Assembly (NCBI RefSeq): GCF_006345805.1
Contig: NC_043023.1
Location: 13,888,001 to 13,952,000 of the forward strand
From: Octopus sinensis
Lineage: Eukaryota
DNA: 64,000 nucleotides
Direction of reading: 5' to 3'
Of the stretch, positions 59,966 to 64,000 are shown in pieces; positions within the stretch are counted from its first letter, which is position 1, and each line of letters opens with the position of its first letter. Position numbers and translations under genes: made by a program. The notes under the pieces were generated by a model. That model did no database searches. It saw nothing but the letters and a program-made list of their open reading frames with translations, and was not told where the DNA came from.

Positions 59966-61204
59966 TGATGGGCTTCTTTCAGTTTCTGTCAACCAAATCC
60001 GCTCACAGTTATCATCATCTTCGAAACAACAACAAAAAAAAACAAAAAACAAATACGGAAAAAAAAAGACAGCAAAAAATGTAAAAAAAAGAAAGAAAAT
60101 GGTCTGTTTTATATATGTGTTTATATATGTGTATATATATATGTGTGTGTATATTTTTCTATTTTGCTTTCTGTTTGGCAGGTTGCAGCTGTATCCACCT
60201 CGCCGCCCAGTTTGGTCACACCGCCATCGTGGCTTACCTGATAGCAAAGGGACAGGACGTTGACATGCTGGATAAAAGTGGGATGACCCCTCTGATGTGG
60301 GCTGCCTTCAGGGTTTTCAGGTGAGTTGGGTAACTTTGTCGGGTTTGCCCTCGTCTCTCCATAAATTGTCAGGTTTGGGGCTTGGTCACCCGGAAACTGG
60401 TCGAAATGTTTGGTTCCCAACCGCATGGTCCCAGGTTCAATCCCAAAGTGTGGCACCTCGGGCGGGCAAGTCTGTATTTTAAACCGTGTAGCCACTACAC
60501 ATTTTTTTCTCTCCTTGTTTTTTTCTGTGTCCCTTTCTGTAGAAGAGCGTAGGCTCGAAACATAAAAGACTTTTTCTGTTCCTGAGCGTTATACTAATAC
60601 ATCTGTTTGTTTTGTACACCACCTGTCTTCGTCTTTTGTTTTTTTCGTAAACTCTCCCTATATATATATATATATATACACACGCACATATATATATATT
60701 ATATATATATATATATTATATATATATATATTATATATATATATATATAATATATATATATATATGTGTGTGTGTGTGTATGTGTGTGTGGTAAGTACCT
60801 TGCTTACCACCCGCATGATTCCAGGGTCAGTCCCACTGCGTGGCACCTTGGGCAAGTGTCTTCTGCTATAGCCTCAGGCCAACCAAAGCCTTGTGAGTGG
60901 ATTTGGTAGACGGAAACTAAAAGCCCATCATGTATATATATATGTATATATATAAGTTCAAATAGAGGTTACAAACCTCAATAAGGCATAAAGGAGGTGT
61001 ATACTCAACAAGCAGGAATATGAACACCTAATTGTATATCTTTAGCCAACTTTGATGAGATTTGACTTTTAATTATATTAATTATGGTTTTAATTATGGT
61101 AATTAATTTATAAAGTTCTGGAACTGAAACAGCTGTTAGAGATGATGTTTAATTTTTTAATTAATAAATAATCATTAATTATCTTTCTATTTTCTTACCT
61201 TCTT

Positions 61205-61255
<51 letters not shown>

Positions 61256-61679
61256 AGAAATTAAAAAAGGAAAATATGCCACTTACATAGTTTTATATAA
61301 TTTTTAATATATTGACCGGTTTCGCTATCGCTATTCATGATATTATGTTTTACTTATTTGAATATATATTTTATCTTAAGAAGAAATTTCGTCCATGTTG
61401 TGTATGTCTGTGTTTCCCCCCCATCACTTGACAACATGTTGTGTTTACATCCCAGTAACTTAGCAGCCATGACCATCACCACCAACTCATGTGGTTTCCC
61501 TTTGCTTGTATTACAGCCACGATCCCGCTCGCTTGCTGCTGACATTCGGAGCTTCTGTAAACTACGCTGACAGGTGCAAGAAGAACAGCCCCTTGCACTG
61601 GGCTTGCCAGTATGGGAACCAGGTGGTGATCAAGATTTTGGTCGAGGCAGGGGCCAACACTGAAGCTTTAAATGCTAAG
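51995..61679 (+). CDS. ZDHHC17: Palmitoyltransferase ZDHHC17 (HIP14), ankyrin-repeat region, partial: join(51995-52224,53102-53179,58404-58474,60182-60320,61517-61679)
   Basis: 681 nt, phase-consistent and GT-AG. The peptide DIVRATQYG...[16 protein letters not shown]...[42 protein letters not shown]...[45 protein letters not shown]... closely matches HIP14 as known from established knowledge. The DHHC domain lies beyond the window. Confidence 0.95.
52340..52970. repeat. (CAT)n-based ~87-bp minisatellite, ~7 copies, in a ZDHHC17 intron
   Basis: The marker ggtgtcattattg(a/t)aagtcatcatc recurs between 52389 and 52930. Confidence 0.9.
53102..53179 (+). CDS. ZDHHC17: ZDHHC17 exon (78 nt)
   Basis: Acceptor cattcacAG; [25 protein letters not shown]; donor GTATGT at 53180. 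Confidence 0.95.
53625..57765 (-). mobile_element. 5'-truncated RTE-clade LINE, antisense in a ZDHHC17 intron, with an internal satellite expansion
   Basis: Reverse strand: [20 protein letters not shown]...[11 protein letters not shown], then [18 protein letters not shown]...RLESFDH, then [11 protein letters not shown], the array, and [16 protein letters not shown]...[13 protein letters not shown]...STHPG* with a (CAGT)n tail at 53625-53636. Confidence 0.88.
53788..57181 (-). repeat. 103-bp tandem satellite (~33 copies) derived from the RTE ORF2 C-terminus
   Basis: A 103-bp period (53788, 53891, 53994, 54097). The unit encodes [33 protein letters not shown] on the minus strand. Confidence 0.93.
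57860..58380. repeat. ~520-bp almost purely A/T repeat (tatatataatttta-type units)
   Basis: Read directly; it has no C and only about two G. It ends ~23 nt before the acceptor at 58403. Confidence 0.92.
58404..58474 (+). CDS. ZDHHC17: ZDHHC17 exon (71 nt)
   Basis: Acceptor ctgttgcAG; [23 protein letters not shown]; donor GTCAGT at 58475. Confidence 0.95.
59090..59303. mobile_element. ~210-bp fold-back element (hairpin MITE)
   Basis: aatgactaaggaaa..taataaagggtcatagaagcccttgacagaaaaaagaaggctttc pairs with gaaagccttcttttttctgtcaagggcttctatgaccctttatta..tttccttagtcatt; the loop is ~15 nt. Confidence 0.82.
60182..60320 (+). CDS. ZDHHC17: ZDHHC17 exon (139 nt)
   Basis: Acceptor gtttggcAG; [45 protein letters not shown]; donor GTGAGT at 60321. 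Confidence 0.95.
61517..61679 (+). CDS. ZDHHC17: ZDHHC17 exon (163 nt)
   Basis: Acceptor gtattacAG; [54 protein letters not shown]; donor GTAAGT at 61680. Confidence 0.95.
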
Positions 61680-61949
61680 GTAAGTAATTGTCCTCAGTGA
61701 CCTCATCATCATCATCATTATTGTCTGACGTCTGTTTTCCATGCTGGCATGGTTGGATGGTTTGACTGAGGACTGGCAAGCCAGGAAGCTGCACCAGACT
61801 CCAGTCTGATTTGGCAAGGTTTCTACAGCTGGATGCCCTTCCTTATGCCAACAATGTACGTGACAACACTTCCATTCAGTTAAGATCAGAAGCCATGAGA
61901 GCCACTGCCTGGTACTGCATCAGGGCATGTATTATTATTATTATTAGCC

Positions 61950-62840
61950 ACTAGTATTAGCTACTATACTATACATTAGACAATGTAGTCCTAGATACAC
62001 TATATCAAAATAAAAGACAGGATGGTCACAGCTGGAATATCTCTGGTCATAGGTCTGTCTGGATCAGGACTGACCTGGGGCTAAATAACAACAAAAGTTA
62101 TAGCTACTAATACTAACTACTATACTATACATTAAATAATGTAGTCCTAGATACACTATGCCTGAATAAAAGATGGGATGGTCACAGCTGGAACGTCTTT
62201 GATCATAGGTCTGTCTGGATCAGGACTGACCTGTGGCTAAACACCAACAACAACTATAGCCACTAATACTAACTCCTGTAATGTAGTCCTAGATACACTA
62301 TGCCTGAATAAAAGATGGAATGGTCACAGGTGGAACATCTTTGCTCATGGGTCTGTCTGGATCAGGACTGACCTGGGGCTAAACAACAACAACAACAGCA
62401 ACAACTATAGCCACTAATACTAACTACTATACATTAGATAATGTAGTCCTAGATACACTATGCCTGAATAAAAGATGGAATGGTCACAGCTGGAACGTCT
62501 TTGATCATGGGTCTGTCTGTATCAGGACTGACCTGTGGCTAAACAACAACAACAGCTATAGCCACTAATACTAACTACTATACATTAGATAATGTAGTCC
62601 TAGATACACTATGCCTGAATAAAAGATGGAATGGTCACAGCTGGAACGTCTTTGATCATGGGTCTGTCTGTATCAGGACTGACCTGTGGCTAAACAACAA
62701 CAACAGCTATAGCCACTAATACTAACTACTATACATTAGATAATGTAGTCCTAGATACACTATGCCTGAATGAAAGATGGGATGGTCACAGGTGGAACGT
62801 CTTTGATTGCAAAATCTATCGGATAATGGCCTGACCTGGG
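61950..62840 (+). repeat. ~151-bp tandem array, ~6 copies
   Basis: The marker tagataatgtagtcc occurs at 62435, 62586 and 62737. It is the same family as 44030-44630. Confidence 0.9.
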
Positions 62841-63149
62841 GTTAATCAACAAGAATAATTAACGGGGTACTTACTCTATAGTTAGCTTTGCAACCCCAGC
62901 AGTGTAGTGGGTGCTTTTTATGTGCCACCGGCACAGGAGCCAGTATGGTGCCACTGGCATCTGCCATGCTTGAATGGTGCTTTTTTATGCCCCAAAATGG
63001 TTTTCTCAATGTTTTGGTGTAACGGGGGGGGGGGGAGGGACTAAATGAGATTTTAATAAAATCAAATTAAATCGAAATTCCTCTCTGATTGAATTAGGTT
63101 ACATGTGGTATGAGGGACTTGATTATGATGGCAATGTGAACATTTGCAC

Positions 63150-63855
63150 ACACGCATGATCATCATCACCACCATCATCATTATTATCATCAAACCCATA
63201 ACCACCACCATCATCATCATCATCATCACCCCCACCCACACCACCACCATCATCATCAAACCCATAACCACCACCATCATCATCGTCATCACCACCACCA
63301 TCATCATTATTATCATTGTCATTATCATCATCGCCCCCACCCACACCACCACCATCATCATCATCATCACCACCACCATCATCATTATTATCATTGTCAT
63401 TATCATCATCGCCCCCACCCACACCACCACCATCATCATCATCACCACCACCATCATCATTATTATCATTGTCATTATCATCATCGCCCCCACCCACACC
63501 ACCACCATCATCATCATCACCACCACCACCATCATCATTATTATCATTGTCATTATCATCATCGCCCCCACCCACACCACCATCATCATCATCACCACCA
63601 CCACCATCATCATTATTATCATTGTCATTATCATCATCACCCCCACCCACACCACCACCATCATCATCAAACCCATAACCACCACCATCATCATCATCAT
63701 CATTATCACCATCATCATCATTGCCATTATCATTATCACCACCATCATCATCATTGCCCACATCATTATCAGCATCATCATCATTATCAGCATCATCATC
63801 ACTATCATCATCATTATCACCATCATCATCATCATTGCCATTATCATTATCACCA
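63150..63855. repeat. (CAT)/(CAC)-based ~75-bp minisatellite
   Basis: attatcattgtcattatcatcatcgcccccacccacaccacc is repeated. Confidence 0.88.
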
Positions 63856-63863
63856 CCAGACCA

Positions 63864-64000
63864 ACTTCTACCACGTTCCAGGGAGACAAACTAGAAGTAG
63901 TTGATAGCTTCCGCTACCTAGGAGACCAAGTCAGTAGCGGGGGTGGGTGTGCTGAAAGTGTAACTGCTAGAGTAAGAATAGCCTGGGCAAAGTTCAGAGA
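63864..64000 (+). mobile_element. RTE-type LINE ORF2 fragment, running off the window end
   Basis: TTFQGDKLEVVDSFRYLGDQVSSGGGCAESVTARVRIAWAKFRE matches the post-RT motif LExVxxFxYLG...RIxxAWxxF of RTE elements. Confidence 0.85.

Noticed and set aside
63062-63889. 275-aa Met/Val-rich and 212-aa Gly/Asp-rich ORFs
   Set aside because: They are products of the CAT/CAC minisatellite.

Overview
This is eukaryotic, extremely repeat-rich DNA. The SINE, LINE and MITE families and the (TA)n/(TATC)n/(CAT)n load resemble an octopod cephalopod genome; that assignment is an inference, not a database hit. Two spliced + strand genes can be rebuilt by hand from GT-AG exons with consistent phases. The first is a tandem cyclic-nucleotide-binding-domain protein (CNBD2-like): 8 exons between 522/583 and 22501, 407 aa from the ATG at 583, with AATAAA at 22583. 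The second is the ankyrin-repeat N-terminal half of the palmitoyltransferase ZDHHC17/HIP14: 5 exons from 51995 to 61679, continuing beyond the window, with a candidate ATG-only first exon ending at 26511. Nearly all long ORFs in the supplied track are artefacts of simple or tandem repeats, including the three ~3300-aa ORFs at 11.1-21.2 kb. The most unusual structures are: a ~33-copy 103-bp satellite made from a piece of an RTE LINE ORF2 and still embedded in its parent LINE (53788-57181); a ~9.7-kb 150-bp triplet-mosaic satellite filling a CNBD intron; head-to-tail SINE concatemers with higher-order structure; a 308-bp near-perfect fold-back with templated junctions (40929-41682); and a TIR-bounded Tc1/mariner relic packed with nested SINEs (34530-36630).
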